Counted from the stretch's first letter, positions 1 through 8,905 are shown. The stretch is DNA of 33,212 nt from Bacteroidota bacterium (GCA_030831005.1 JAURLW010000105.1:1-33212); one strand, 5' to 3'. The notes: a model not told the origin generated them from the sequence alone. Program-made: numbers and translations.

Positions 1-420
1 AACTTTTGCAGCTTCTTTAACTTTAACTACCGGTTTAGCAACTGGTTTTACCGCTTTAGGTGCTGCTTTTTTAACAACCTTTACCGGTGCTTTCACTACT
101 TTCTTAGGAGCTGCCTTCTTAACCACTTTTACGGGTGCCTTAGCTGCTTTTTTTGGAGCTGCTTTTTTTGGAGCTGCTTTTTTTACAGCCTTAACAGGAG
201 CTTTTGCTACTTTTTTAGGTGCTACTTTTTTTGCAGGTGCTTTTGCTACTTTCTTAGGAGTTACTTTCTTAACTGCTTTTGCAGGTGCTTTAGCTACTTT
301 TTTAGCAGGCGCTTTAACTGCTTTCTTAGGAGCTGCCTTCTTCACCACTTTTACGGGTGCCTTAGCTACTTTTTTAGGAGCTGCTTTTTTAACTATTTTT
401 GCAGGTGCTTTTTTTGCTGG
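1..420 (-). repeat. In-frame degenerate tandem coding repeats (about 48 nt = 16 aa, KKAAPKKVAKAPVKVV-like) plus a longer duplicated block
   Basis: The motifs cttaggagctgc, tttgcaggtgc and tttacgggtgcc recur periodically. Blocks 101-147 and 323-369 match at 45 of 47 nt, offset by 222 nt (74 codons). Confidence 0.7.
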
Positions 421-702
421 TTTTGAAGCAACCTTTACATTTGATTTTTTACTCACAGGTTTGTTATTTTTTTTAACGTCCACCTTTTTAGATGGATTTG
501 CTTTTTTCTTATTTGCTATAACTGATGATTTAGAATTTTTGCTTGACTTATTGGCAACCACTTTATTAGCAGCTTTTTTAACAACTACTTTTTTAGCTAC
601 TTTTTTAGCTACCTTTTTTGCAGGAGTTTTACTTGCCTTAGCATTTACAGATTTCTTTTTAACTGCAACTTTTTTAGCAGCCTTTTTAATTTGTTTAGCC
701 AT
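1..702 (-). CDS. Histone H1-like Lys/Ala/Pro/Val repeat protein, N-terminal 234 codons; the ORF continues past the left window edge
   Basis: Absent from the supplied track because it has no stop inside the window. I checked all 234 minus-strand triplets from 702 to 1 and found no stop. The ATG at 702-700 is preceded in frame by TAA at 708-706. Translation: MAKQIKKAAKKVAVKKKSVNAKASKTPAKKVAKKVAKKVVVKKAANK...KKAAPKKVAKAPVKVVKKAAPKKAVKAPAKKVAKAPAKAVKK...KPVVKVKEAAKV. By my count it has 85 Lys, 1 Asp, 1 Glu and no Arg, Gly, Leu or aromatic residues. Confidence 0.7.
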   Translation of the reverse strand, partial: MAKQIKKAAKKVAVKKKSVNAKASKTPAKKVAKKVAKKVVVKKAANKVVANKSSKNSKSSVIANKKKANPSKKVDVKKNNKPVSKKSNVKVASKPAKKAPAKIVKKAAPKKVAKAPVKVVKKAAPKKAVKAPAKKVAKAPAKAVKKVTPKKVAKAPAKKVAPKKVAKAPVKAVKKAAPKKAAPKKAAKAPVKVVKKAAPKKVVKAPVKVVKKAAPKAVKPVAKPVVKVKEAAKV

Positions 703-709
703 TGATTAG

Positions 710-3700
710 TTAGTTTTTAGAAATTAAAACATGGTACGTAATTTCATTCACCTCTATAGCAATTCCTTCTTGTAAGTCAGTTACAGTCTCAATATCATCA
801 GATAGAATTTCGGCGCAAATATAATCATTATATTGGTTTATTGCAGCATTTATTTTTTCGTCAGCCTTTATTTTAACGTTAATTCTGTCAGTTAATTCAA
901 AGTTACTATCCTTTCTAATTTTCTGAATTCTATTAACTAACTCACGTGCCATACCCTCCATTTCTAACTCCGGAGTAAGGGTTAAATCTAAAGCAACGGT
1001 AAGGCTTCCTTTGCTTGCTATAGACCATCCAGGAATATCATCAATAATGATTTCTACATCTTGCAAGTTGATAGTAATCAATTCGTTATTTATAGTTATT
1101 TGAATTGATTGATCACGTTCAAGCTCTAAAATCTGATCTTGGGTAAAATTGGTGATTAAATTAGCTGCTGCTTTCATATGAGCACCTAATTTAGCACCTA
1201 ATGATTTAAAGTTTGGCTTTAGTTTCTTTTTAATAAACCCTTCACTATCAAATAAATACTCAACTTCTTTAATATTTACTTCGTTGATTATAATAGGCGC
1301 CACTAATTCCAATTGTTGCTTCATAGCATCGTTTAAAATTGGAATTAATATTTTCTTTAAAGGCTGTCTTACTTTAATGGAAATCTTCTTACGAATAGAT
1401 AAAACGAGCGAAGAAATATCCTGAGCCATCAACATACGTTCTTCCAAATCCGAATCAATAATGGACAAATTGGCTGATGGATAGTTAGCTAAATGAACAG
1501 AAGTTTGATCAATTCTGTTGGTTACTTTATTTAAATTATTATATAACCAATCTGCGAAAAACGGAGAAATTGGAGCAATCAACAAGCTCAGCGTTTCCAA
1601 ACATTCATATAAAGTTTGGTAAGCCGAAATCTTATCTTGTTCATATTCACCCTTCCAGAATCGTCTTCTGCATAAACGCACATACCAGTTACTCAATTGT
1701 TCATCTAAGAATGTTTCTATAGCTCTACCCGCCTGTGTAGGTTCATAATTATCTAAACTCTCTGTCACTTGCTTAATTAATGATTGTAATGCAGATAAAA
1801 TCCATCGGTCTAATTCTGGTCGCTCTGTCACCGGGATATGCTGCTCTTTAAAGCTAAATCCATCAACATTTGCATACAAAGCAAAAAATTGATAGGTATT
1901 ATACAAGGTACCAAAGAACTTACGTTGAACTTCCTGAATGCCATCTTCATCAAATTTTAAGCTATCCCATGGAGCGGCATTGGTAATTAAATACCATCTT
2001 GTAGCATCGGCACTGTATTTTTCAATAGTCTTGAATGGATCTACAACATTACCCAAGCGCTTACTCATCTTATTACCAGACTTATCTAGCACTAATCCAT
2101 TAGACACAACTGTTTTGTATGCTACCGAATCAAAAAGCATTACAGAAAGCGCATGAAGGGTATAAAACCATCCACGCGTTTGATCTACCCCTTCAGCAAT
2201 GAAATCTGCAGGAAAGGCATTATGTTGCTCTACTTTATCTTTATTCTCAAATGGATAGTGCCATTGCGCATATGGCATAGCACCGGAATCAAACCATACG
2301 TCAATTAAATCTGGCTCTCTGCGCATCGCTTTGCCAGATGGTGCAACTAAAACCCACTCATCTACAAAGGGCTTATGCAAGTCAACCGATTCATCGCTCA
2401 CCACTTGTTGCAATCCTAATTGGGCATTTGCCTTTTCAATTTCTGATTTTAACTCTTCAATACTACCTATACAAATACGCTCAGCGCCATCTTCTGTTGC
2501 CCAAATAGGCAATGGAGTACCCCAATATCTACTGCGCGATAAATTCCAGTCCACCATATTCTCCAACCAATTACCAAATCTACCCTCACCTGTTGCCTTA
2601 GGCTTCCAATTGATCGTTTTATTCAATTCAATCATTCTATCCTTTACAGCAGTAGTTCTGATAAACCAAGCATCTAATGGGTAGTAAATGATAGGTTTAT
2701 CGGTACGCCAACAATGCGGGTAGGTATGTTCGTATTTTTCTACTTTAAACGCTTTGCCATCCAATTTTAATTGTACTGCAATATCTACATCAATATCTTT
2801 ATAATCGGCAGCATCTTTATAGTTCTTCACAAAGCGAGCACTCCATGGACCAAGTCCATCGATAAATTTACCCTCTCTATCTACCATCACTAAAATGCCA
2901 ATATTATTTTTAGCGCCCACTTTGTAGTCATCTGCACCAAATGCAGGTGCCGTATGCACAATACCAGTTCCATCTTCTGTAGTAACGAAATCGCCCACAA
3001 TTACTCTAAATGGATCTCCGCCTGCCACAGCTTTTGCATTAGCTTCAAAAGGCATTAATTGATGGTAACGCATACCTTCCAAATCTTTTCCTTTGAAGGT
3101 AGCTACTACTTCCCATGGTAAGGCTTTTTCATTTTCGTTTACAATGGCAAAGTCTACCCCTTTAAATTCTTCTTTAAAGAATTTACCTAACAAAGCCGTT
3201 GCTAATATAACATGTACGGCAACTTTAGTATAGGGGTTAATCGTTTTAACTAAACTGTACTCGATAGCACCACCCACTGTTAGTCCACAGTTAGAAGGTA
3301 ATGTCCAAGGAGTCGTAGTCCAAGCTAAGAAATGAATTTTCTCTTGATTGCTTTTAGCAAATAAAGGAGCTGAGGCTTCGTCTTGAATAGCTTCAAACAT
3401 TGCCACTACTGTGGTGTCTTTTACATCTTTATAAGTGCCCGGTTGATTTAACTCATGCGAACTTAAGCCCGTTCCAGCAGCAGGAGAATAGGGTTGTATA
3501 CTTACACTTTTGTATAAATAATCTTTTTTATACAATTCCTTTAATGCCCACCATAAGGTTTCAATATAGTTATTGTCGAAGGTAATATAAGGGTCCGACA
3601 AATCTACCCAATACCCCATTTGCTCTGTAATGCCATCCCACTTATCTTTATAACGCATCACCACCTCACGGCATTTCTTATTATAATCTGCTACGCTAAT

Positions 3701-4036
3701 TGTCTTTCCAATATCTTCTTTTGTTATGCCCAATTCCTTTTCTACACCTAGCTCAACCGGCAAGCCATGCGTATCCCACCCCGCTTTTCTATTCACTTCA
3801 AATCCTTGCATGGTTTTATACCTACAAATTAGATCTTTCAATGTTCTTGAAATAACGTGGTGAATGCCCGGCAAACCATTGGCACTCGGTGGACCCTCAA
3901 AAAAGACAAAGGGTTTTGAACCACTTCTTTGGGTAATACTTTTCTTGAAGGTTTCGGATGATTTCCAATATGCTAAAAATTCCTGCTCGATAGCAGGCAT
4001 TTGTAATTGTTTGTATTCTGTGTACTTTTGCGACAT
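710..4036 (-). CDS. ileS: Isoleucine--tRNA ligase, type-2 (eukaryote-like) form
   Basis: 1108-aa ORF. HIGH-region PPSANGLPGIHH, KMSKR at aa 656-660 (nt 2057-2071), and the CP1 editing signature WTTTPWTLPSN. The C-terminus is long and has no Cys4 zinc knuckle. Confidence 0.95.
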   Translation of the reverse strand: MSQKYTEYKQLQMPAIEQEFLAYWKSSETFKKSITQRSGSKPFVFFEGPPSANGLPGIHHVISRTLKDLICRYKTMQGFEVNRKAGWDTHGLPVELGVEKELGITKEDIGKTISVADYNKKCREVVMRYKDKWDGITEQMGYWVDLSDPYITFDNNYIETLWWALKELYKKDYLYKSVSIQPYSPAAGTGLSSHELNQPGTYKDVKDTTVVAMFEAIQDEASAPLFAKSNQEKIHFLAWTTTPWTLPSNCGLTVGGAIEYSLVKTINPYTKVAVHVILATALLGKFFKEEFKGVDFAIVNENEKALPWEVVATFKGKDLEGMRYHQLMPFEANAKAVAGGDPFRVIVGDFVTTEDGTGIVHTAPAFGADDYKVGAKNNIGILVMVDREGKFIDGLGPWSARFVKNYKDAADYKDIDVDIAVQLKLDGKAFKVEKYEHTYPHCWRTDKPIIYYPLDAWFIRTTAVKDRMIELNKTINWKPKATGEGRFGNWLENMVDWNLSRSRYWGTPLPIWATEDGAERICIGSIEELKSEIEKANAQLGLQQVVSDESVDLHKPFVDEWVLVAPSGKAMRREPDLIDVWFDSGAMPYAQWHYPFENKDKVEQHNAFPADFIAEGVDQTRGWFYTLHALSVMLFDSVAYKTVVSNGLVLDKSGNKMSKRLGNVVDPFKTIEKYSADATRWYLITNAAPWDSLKFDEDGIQEVQRKFFGTLYNTYQFFALYANVDGFSFKEQHIPVTERPELDRWILSALQSLIKQVTESLDNYEPTQAGRAIETFLDEQLSNWYVRLCRRRFWKGEYEQDKISAYQTLYECLETLSLLIAPISPFFADWLYNNLNKVTNRIDQTSVHLANYPSANLSIIDSDLEERMLMAQDISSLVLSIRKKISIKVRQPLKKILIPILNDAMKQQLELVAPIIINEVNIKEVEYLFDSEGFIKKKLKPNFKSLGAKLGAHMKAAANLITNFTQDQILELERDQSIQITINNELITINLQDVEIIIDDIPGWSIASKGSLTVALDLTLTPELEMEGMARELVNRIQKIRKDSNFELTDRINVKIKADEKINAAINQYNDYICAEILSDDIETVTDLQEGIAIEVNEITYHVLISKN

Positions 4037-4063
4037 GGCTTTTTACAATAGGAATTAAGTGTA

Positions 4064-4071
4064 CAAAGTTA
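4064..4071 (-). promoter_or_regulatory. Bacteroidota sigma-A -7 box TAACTTTG upstream of ileS
   Basis: Exact match to TAnnTTTG, 28 nt upstream of the ileS ATG. Confidence 0.45.
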
Positions 4072-4116
4072 CAAAATAATGATGGTATTTAAAATGGAAA
4101 ACAAGCAAACAAGATA

Positions 4117-5241
4117 ATGGAAAATTGGTCGAAGCGAAGCATTTTTAGCGTTCTCTTTATAATTGGTATTGCTAGCATTATTTTAGGTGCTTGCAAAAAA
4201 TCAGAACCCAAAGATACCGGCACAATAAATGAGCCCATAAGAGCCATGGATTTATCTTTTGCGCCTTTGATGGAATCCTATGGAGTTTCGTACAAGGACA
4301 ATAACAAAATCATGCCTTTACTTCAAATTTGCAAAAACCATGGAATTAATACGATTCGAATTCGTTTGTGGCACTCACCCATAAGTAATGGCAGCAGCCT
4401 AAATGAAGTGCTTAGTTTTGCAAAGCAATGTAAAACTGCTGGATTTAAATTTTATTTAGACCTACATTACAGTGACACTTGGGCTGATCCTGGGAAACAA
4501 ACATTACCCAGTGCTTGGCAAGCATGTACACGATTAAGCTTACTGGATAGTGTTAGCCAGTATACAGAAAATGTTTTGTTCCAATTTAAAAATCAAAATT
4601 GCTTACCGGAATATATTCAAATTGGCAATGAAGTAAATCAAGGTATGCTATGGAATTTTGGTAAGCTCTCTAATTTCAATGATACGAATTGGAATTACTT
4701 TAAAGCTATACAAGAAGCCGCTATCGCAAAAATAAAAACGCTAAGCCCATCGACAAAAATTATTCTGCATTATGCAGGCTTGCAGGGTGCTTACGGATAT
4801 TATACTAAAGCGCAGCAAATGCAAATACCATTTGATCTTCTTGGTATTTCCTATTACCCTTGGTGGCATGGTGATTTAACTGATTTAAAGAATTGTATTA
4901 CACAATTAAATCAGTTTTCAAAACCGATTATCCTTGCCGAAACGGCCTACCCTTTTACATTGAATTGGAATGATTGGACAAATAATATTGTAGGTACTAG
5001 CAACCAATTACTTCCCTCATTACCGGCATCAGCTTTAGGACAAAGTAATTTTATTGATAGCCTTTGGAAAATCATGAATCCAACTAATCAAAACCAAACA
5101 TATGGCATTTGCTATTGGGCGCCAGAGTATGTAGCCTATAAAGGCGCACAGGATACTAGTGCTAGTCCATGGGAAAATTTATGTTTATTTGACTTCCAAA
5201 ATAATGCTTGTATGGGCATTAAAGCTTTAGGTGGTAAATAA
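4117..5241 (+). CDS. Arabinogalactan endo-beta-1,4-galactanase (GH53), predicted lipoprotein
   Basis: Signal peptide with lipobox (...IASIILGAC). TIM-barrel GH53 hallmarks are IRIRLWH, the acid/base Glu in IQIGNEVNQG and the nucleophile Glu in ILAETAYPF. Confidence 0.8.
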   Translation: MENWSKRSIFSVLFIIGIASIILGACKKSEPKDTGTINEPIRAMDLSFAPLMESYGVSYKDNNKIMPLLQICKNHGINTIRIRLWHSPISNGSSLNEVLSFAKQCKTAGFKFYLDLHYSDTWADPGKQTLPSAWQACTRLSLLDSVSQYTENVLFQFKNQNCLPEYIQIGNEVNQGMLWNFGKLSNFNDTNWNYFKAIQEAAIAKIKTLSPSTKIILHYAGLQGAYGYYTKAQQMQIPFDLLGISYYPWWHGDLTDLKNCITQLNQFSKPIILAETAYPFTLNWNDWTNNIVGTSNQLLPSLPASALGQSNFIDSLWKIMNPTNQNQTYGICYWAPEYVAYKGAQDTSASPWENLCLFDFQNNACMGIKALGGK

Positions 5242-5276
5242 ATTAAAACTATCTGTAATGTTTAAGAATAAACAAT

Positions 5277-5284
5277 TAATTTTG
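5277..5284 (+). promoter_or_regulatory. -7 box TAATTTTG upstream of the glmM-like gene
   Basis: Matches TAnnTTTG, 21 nt upstream of the ATG at 5305. Confidence 0.4.
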
Positions 5285-5304
5285 ACAATACTTACACACA
5301 ACTT

Positions 5305-6687
5305 ATGACACTTATCAAATCAATTTCAGGAATTAGAGGAACCATTGGAGGAAAAGCAGGACAAAGCCTTACACCCATTGATATCGTAAAATTTACAAGT
5401 TCTTATATTGCTTGGGTTAAAACCAATCAAGCTAAAGCTAAAAAAATAGTAGTAGGTAGAGACGGAAGAATCTCGGGCGAAATGCTCAGAAATATTGTCG
5501 TTTCTACAATTCAAAGTCTAGGATTAGATGTTATTGATTTAGGATTAAGTACTACACCTACTGTTGAAATGGCGGTTAAATTTGCACAAGCAGACGGTGG
5601 CATTATACTTACAGCAAGTCATAATCCGAGAGAATGGAATGCTTTAAAATTATTAAATCATAAAGGTGAATTTATCAGTGCTGAAGATGGGCAATGGATT
5701 TTGAATCATGCAGAAAACGAACAGGTTGACTACTCCAGCATAGATCATTTGGGCACTTTACATAGTGATAATAATTTTATGCAAGAGCATATTGATGCTA
5801 TTGTAAATCACCCTTTAGTTGATAAAGCAGCCATTGAAAAACGTAATTTCAAAATTGTTATTGACCCTATCAATTCTACTGGCGCCACTTTTGTGCCGGC
5901 ACTATTAAGCGCTTTAGGCGTTAAGCAAATTGAATTAATAAACGATACGGTAAATGGTGAATTTGCACATAACCCTGAACCATTACCAGAGCATTTATTT
6001 GAATTATGTAGCACTGTAGAAAAGCATCAAGCTGATTTGGGCATCGCTGTAGATCCGGATGTAGATCGCTTATGCTTTGTAAATAACGATGGTAGTTTAT
6101 TTGGTGAAGAATACACCTTAGTAGCTGTAGCAGATTATATCTTAAGTCATAAAAAAGGAAATACAGTTTCTAATTTATCTTCTACAAGAGCTTTAAGAGA
6201 TGTTACAGAAAAGCATGGTGGCACTTATCATGCTAGTGCAGTTGGAGAGGTTAATGTAGTCAATAAAATGAAAGCTGTAGATGCAGTAATCGGTGGCGAA
6301 GGCAATGGTGGCATTATTGTTCCGGAACTTCATTATGGTAGAGATGCTTTAATTGGAATCGCTTTATTCTTAAGTCATTTGGCTAAATTTGGCAAATCCA
6401 TTAAGGAGCTCAGAAACACCTATCCAAATTATATCATTTCTAAAAACAAAATTGAATTAAGTGCTGAAGTTAATTTAAAAGATATTTTAGATAAAATAAA
6501 AGACAAGTATAAAAACCAACCTGTCAATACCGAAGATGGTGTGAAGATTGAATTTGATAAGGATTGGGTGCATTTAAGAGGTTCCAATACAGAGCCTATT
6601 ATTAGAATTTATGCAGAGAGCAGTTCTGAAACCATGGCTGATAATATAGCTAAGCGCATTATGCAAGATATAAGAGATATCATGTAA
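5305..6687 (+). CDS. glmM: Alpha-D-phosphohexomutase, the type annotated as phosphoglucosamine mutase in Bacteroidota
   Basis: Active-site Ser loop TASHNP, metal loop AVDPDVDR, sugar loop GGEGNGG and N-terminal ISGIRG; 460 aa. Confidence 0.8.
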   Translation: MTLIKSISGIRGTIGGKAGQSLTPIDIVKFTSSYIAWVKTNQAKAKKIVVGRDGRISGEMLRNIVVSTIQSLGLDVIDLGLSTTPTVEMAVKFAQADGGIILTASHNPREWNALKLLNHKGEFISAEDGQWILNHAENEQVDYSSIDHLGTLHSDNNFMQEHIDAIVNHPLVDKAAIEKRNFKIVIDPINSTGATFVPALLSALGVKQIELINDTVNGEFAHNPEPLPEHLFELCSTVEKHQADLGIAVDPDVDRLCFVNNDGSLFGEEYTLVAVADYILSHKKGNTVSNLSSTRALRDVTEKHGGTYHASAVGEVNVVNKMKAVDAVIGGEGNGGIIVPELHYGRDALIGIALFLSHLAKFGKSIKELRNTYPNYIISKNKIELSAEVNLKDILDKIKDKYKNQPVNTEDGVKIEFDKDWVHLRGSNTEPIIRIYAESSSETMADNIAKRIMQDIRDIM

Positions 6688-6689
6688 AT

Positions 6690-6722
6690 AAAAAATCCCA
6701 AATCATTGATTTGGGATTTTTT
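6690..6722. terminator. Bidirectional rho-independent terminator between glmM (+) and recA (-)
   Basis: Perfect 16+1+16 palindrome aaaaaatcccaaatca-t-tgatttgggatttttt with A and T runs on both sides. Confidence 0.8.
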
Positions 6723-6731
6723 ATTATGGCT

Positions 6732-7727
6732 TTAAGCTTGTTTTAATAAAGATCTGATTTTCGCTTCCATTTCTGCAGCTGCTTCAGGATTGTCGTGTAA
6801 GAATTGTTTTACCGCTTCTCTACCTTGACCAATTTTGCTATCTCCATAGCTAAACCATGAACCACTTTTTTGAAGCACATTCAATTCCACGCCCATATCA
6901 ATAATCTCCCCTACTTTACTAATACCTTCACCAAAAATGATATCAAATTCTACTTGTCGGAACGGTGGAGCTACTTTATTTTTCACCACTTTCACGCGCG
7001 TTCTATTACCACTAGCTGTATCGCCATCTTTAATTTGACTAATTCTTCTAATGTCTAAACGAACAGAAGCATAAAACGTAAGCGCATTACCACCCGTAGT
7101 AGTCTCAGGATTACCAAACATAACCCCAATTTTCTCCCGTAATTGATTAATGAAAATGCAGCAACAACCTGTTCTAGAGATGGTAGCTGTTAATTTTCTT
7201 AAGGCTTGACTCATTAAACGAGCATGCAAACCCATTTTACTATCACCCATTTCGCCTTCTAATTCCGACTTAGGTACTAAAGCAGCAACAGAGTCAACCA
7301 CTACTAAATCAACAGCTCCAGAGGAAATCAATCGATCTGCTATTTCAAGCGCTTGCTCACCATAATCAGGTTGAGAAATAATTAAGGCATCTACATCAAC
7401 ACCTAATTTTCTTGCATAATTAGCATCAAAAGCATGTTCTGCATCTATAATAGCACAGATTCCGCCTGCTTTTTGAGCTTCTGCAATGGTATGAATAGCT
7501 ACGGTTGTTTTACCAGATGATTCTGGACCATAAATTTCTACGATTCTTCCTTTAGGAAAACCACCTACACCAAGGGCTACATCCAATCCTAATGATCCGG
7601 TACTAATAACCTCTATTTGTTCTTGATGCTTATCGCCAAGCACCATAACAGAACCCTTTCCATAATCTTTTTCAATTTTGTCTAGTGCTAATTTGAGCAC
7701 TTTTAATTTGTCGTCTGCAGCAGCCAT
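6732..7727 (-). CDS. recA: Recombinase RecA
   Basis: 331 aa; Walker [10 protein letters not shown]; strongly RecA-like along its whole length. Confidence 0.97.
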   Translation of the reverse strand: MAAADDKLKVLKLALDKIEKDYGKGSVMVLGDKHQEQIEVISTGSLGLDVALGVGGFPKGRIVEIYGPESSGKTTVAIHTIAEAQKAGGICAIIDAEHAFDANYARKLGVDVDALIISQPDYGEQALEIADRLISSGAVDLVVVDSVAALVPKSELEGEMGDSKMGLHARLMSQALRKLTATISRTGCCCIFINQLREKIGVMFGNPETTTGGNALTFYASVRLDIRRISQIKDGDTASGNRTRVKVVKNKVAPPFRQVEFDIIFGEGISKVGEIIDMGVELNVLQKSGSWFSYGDSKIGQGREAVKQFLHDNPEAAAEMEAKIRSLLKQA

Positions 7728-7771
7728 ATTTTATTTTTTTATTGTTTTATAATTTACGATACTAATTAAAT

Positions 7772-7779
7772 CAAATTTA
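7772..7779 (-). promoter_or_regulatory. -7 box TAAATTTG upstream of recA
   Basis: Matches TAnnTTTG, 45 nt upstream of the recA ATG and downstream of the rpsG terminator. Confidence 0.45.
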
Positions 7780-7821
7780 TAGAAAATGGTTTAAAGTACA
7801 CAATGTCTTTTATCCACAAAA

Positions 7822-7850
7822 TAAAAAAAGTCGCTACTAGAGCGACTTTC
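7822..7850 (-). terminator. Rho-independent terminator after rpsG
   Basis: Minus strand reads GGAAAGTCGCT-CTAGT-AGCGACTTTTTTTATTTTG: a 9-bp stem followed by a T7 run, 20 nt after the rpsG stop. Confidence 0.8.
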
Positions 7851-7869
7851 CATATATAAATTAGCTTTA

Positions 7870-8337
7870 TTAAACTTTGAAGTGAGCAAATGCTTTATTT
7901 GCATCAGCCATACGGTGTGTATCTTCTTTCTTTTTGAAAGCACCACCTTCATTTTTAGCAGCTGCCATGATCTCATTCGATAATTTGTCAGCCATAGTAC
8001 GACCGTTACGCTCACGAGCAAAACGAATCAACCATTTCATGCTTAATGAAATTTTACGGTCAGGACGAACTTCTGTAGGAATTTGGAAAGTAGCACCACC
8101 AATACGACGGCTACGAACTTCAACTGCAGGTGTTACATTTTGTAAAGCGCGTTTCCACACTTCATATCCATCTTCACCTGTTGCTTTTGCAACTTTATCT
8201 AATGCATCATAAAAAATGCTTAATACGATTGTTTTGTTACCACCCCACATCAAACAGTTTACAAAACGTGTTACGTTTTTATCGTTGAATTTTGGATCTG
8301 GTGCTAATGGTAATTTTTTAGCTTGTGCCTTCCTCAT
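7870..8337 (-). CDS. rpsG: 30S ribosomal protein S7
   Basis: 155 aa, canonical S7 sequence (...[15 protein letters not shown]...). Confidence 0.97.
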   Translation of the reverse strand: MRKAQAKKLPLAPDPKFNDKNVTRFVNCLMWGGNKTIVLSIFYDALDKVAKATGEDGYEVWKRALQNVTPAVEVRSRRIGGATFQIPTEVRPDRKISLSMKWLIRFARERNGRTMADKLSNEIMAAAKNEGGAFKKKEDTHRMADANKAFAHFKV

Positions 8338-8377
8338 GAGTAAGAATGACTTTTAGTTTTGTGTTATTAAAAATAGA

Positions 8378-8758
8378 TTATTTCTTCGCTTTTTCTTTCT
8401 TAGTTCCGTATTTAGAACGACTTTGCTTACGATCTTTCACACCTGCAGTGTCTAATGCACCACGTACGATATGATAACGAACACCTGGTAAGTCTTTTAC
8501 ACGACCACCACGAATCAATACGATAGAGTGCTCTTGTAAGTTATGACCTTCACCTGGGATATACGCAATGATCTCTACTTTATTCGTTAAACGAACTTTA
8601 GCTACTTTACGTAACGCAGAGTTTGGTTTCTTAGGCGTAGTAGTGTACACACGGGTACAAACACCACGACGTTGTGGACAAGCATCTAAGGCTCTTGACT
8701 TAGATTTAACTCGAATTTGTTGGCGTCCTTTACGAACTAATTGTTGTATTGTAGGCAT
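8378..8758 (-). CDS. rpsL: 30S ribosomal protein S12
   Basis: 126 aa; [12 protein letters not shown]..., [25 protein letters not shown]. Confidence 0.97.
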   Translation of the reverse strand: MPTIQQLVRKGRQQIRVKSKSRALDACPQRRGVCTRVYTTTPKKPNSALRKVAKVRLTNKVEIIAYIPGEGHNLQEHSIVLIRGGRVKDLPGVRYHIVRGALDTAGVKDRKQSRSKYGTKKEKAKK

Positions 8759-8791
8759 TTCTTGTACTTGATATAAATTTCAAATGGATTG

Positions 8792-8799
8792 CAAAGGTA
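8792..8799 (-). promoter_or_regulatory. -7 box TACCTTTG upstream of rpsL
   Basis: Matches TAnnTTTG, 34 nt upstream of the rpsL ATG. Confidence 0.5.
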
Positions 8800-8861
8800 A
8801 TTTACTTTTACCAAAAAACAACACTTTTATGTAATTTTTGCAATATTTTTTCTCGGAAGTG

Positions 8862-8898
8862 AAAAAAACGGCTTTAAATGATTCATTTAAAGCCGTTT
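8862..8898 (-). terminator. Rho-independent terminator after trxA
   Basis: Palindrome aaacggctttaaatga / tcatttaaagccgttt, followed on the minus strand by a T7 run. Confidence 0.8.
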
Positions 8899-8905
8899 AG
8901 ATCAT

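Noticed and set aside
150-190. A7 runs (CCA AAA AAA GC, three times) resembling A_AAA_AAA/G -1 frameshift or transcriptional-slippage sites
   Set aside because: A gene that is 36% Lys inevitably contains such heptamers. I saw no downstream stimulatory hairpin and no conserved alternative frame.
1-460. Periodic direct repeats that could look like a CRISPR array or a non-coding satellite
   Set aside because: There is no repeat/unique-spacer alternation. The periodicity is a multiple of 3, the repeats are degenerate, and they lie in a continuously open reading frame, so they are coding repeats.
461-709. Track ORF on the + strand encoding a Leu/Phe/Thr/Ala-rich 82-aa peptide
   Set aside because: It is the antisense shadow of the Lys-rich minus-strand ORF (AAA/GCT/AAG codons read backwards give TTT/AGC/CTT). 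It has low-complexity composition and no promoter. The minus-strand frame is the one that stays open for 702 nt.
1938-4058. Four + strand ORFs (61-117 aa) inside ileS
   Set aside because: They lie entirely within and antisense to a highly conserved 1108-aa gene, have odd composition and carry no start signals. These are typical shadow ORFs.
4037-4116. Possible T-box, riboswitch or attenuator leader upstream of ileS
   Set aside because: Only 80 nt separate ileS from the divergent GH53 gene, and the -7 box is 28 nt from the ATG. That is too short for a T-box, and no conserved stem-loops are visible.
6690-6722. Terminator hairpins at 6690-6722, 19930-19957 and 31645-31680 share a CCAAT(G/C)A...T(C/G)ATTGG core, suggesting a REP-like repeat family
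   Set aside because: The shared core is only about 7 nt of AT-rich sequence. The stems otherwise differ, and each hairpin is positioned and shaped as an ordinary intrinsic terminator. A genome-wide count would be needed to revive this idea.
7791-8021. 76-aa minus-strand ORF overlapping the 3' end of rpsG and its terminator
   Set aside because: It is out of frame with S7, runs through the terminator hairpin, and has no independent signals.
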